Source: Macrostomum lignano (lineage: Eukaryota). From it: a stretch of DNA of 64,000 bases. The translations under genes were made by a program, and so were the position numbers. The stretch covers positions 62,001 through 126,000 of the forward strand of contig NIVC01001458.1 of NCBI GenBank assembly GCA_002269645.1. Direction: 5' to 3'. The notes beneath the pieces were generated by a model. The model was not told where the DNA came from, did not search any database, and saw only the letters and a list, made by a program, of their open reading frames with translations. Positions 63,400 through 64,000 of the stretch are shown in pieces; position 1 is the first letter of the stretch; every line of letters begins with the position of its first letter.

Positions 63400-63600
63400 T
63401 CATCTCGAGCTGCACACCCTCGCGCTCGTAAAAGTTGGCCATGTAGGCGGCCTTATCCTCATCGGACATGGAGGAGGAACCGCCAGACTCTTCCTTAGCA
63501 GTGTGTCGACACCCACCTTGCCTCCAGCATGTATTAAGTACTGTACGACTGAATATATCTCTTCAGAAGTGTGCAGTTGGTCAATCCAAAACCCCACGAA
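63400..63600 (-). pseudogene. Probable Polinton/Maverick protein-primed DNA polymerase fragment
   Basis: VDTLL / frameshift / KEESG..SDEDKAAYMANFYEREGVQL resembles the recalled Polinton pPolB segment just before the NPG-R..K..LNS-WGK motif. Confidence 0.45.
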
Positions 63601-64000
63601 AGCTCAAGTTGAAAGCCTGAAAGAAATCTCTTCCATTCATTGCCTTGAGTACAGTGAAACCTGAGAACTCACAAAAACGGTTTGGAAAGAGGAGGTGAGA
63701 GAAAAATGAATGTACATGTACTGCTCATGAGAAGCCTGTGCGCACAACGCCTTCCATGCTTTTTACCATGCGATAGCAGCAAACTGTGCACACTGCTTTC
63801 TCATTTCTGTCCCCCGCTACTGCTTCGGTACAAAAAGAGCCAGCTTGGAAAAGACAAAATTTTATAAATTCTTGCCCACCACTGACGGGACTCCTGCGGA
63901 TAGCCCCCCCCCCAACGAACGTTCGTTGGAGAGCCCACCTAACGAACTGGTCGTTGCTACGTAGTCCTGTACCGGAATCTACAGAATTCGATAAGCTGCC

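Overview
Eukaryotic genomic DNA with spliceosomal introns and many minisatellites. The RLMRLamide neuropeptide and the repeat-loaded introns suggest a free-living flatworm such as Macrostomum (inference). Four host genes could be assembled by hand from GT-AG exons. (1) Coatomer zeta, minus strand, 16037-21062 plus an unresolved first exon, with a candidate 21-nt microexon. (2) A myomodulin-like neuropeptide precursor, plus strand, 31877-38680, encoding 13 copies of AMRLMRLamide. (3) The cohesin loader MAU2, minus strand, 8 exons, 43352-53831. (4) A 4-exon short-chain L-asparaginase, plus strand, 60217-62763, resembling the bacterial Rhodospirillum rubrum type; the ORF track shows only part of its exon 2. 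The neuropeptide intron holds a young 3448-bp Chapaev/Transib-like transposon with 226-bp TIRs, a 4-bp TSD, a RAG1-like DDE core and RSS-like ends. Other elements: about 21 different minisatellite arrays (every MAU2 intron has its own), two hAT MITEs, two tRNA-derived CORE-type SINEs, a 5'-truncated LINE between identical 86-bp direct repeats, a probable Polinton polymerase relic, and AT-rich blocks that look C-to-T hypermutated. Nearly all long ORFs in the track are minisatellite artefacts. Much of 1-9300 could not be assigned. Family assignments come from recalled motifs; no database search was run.
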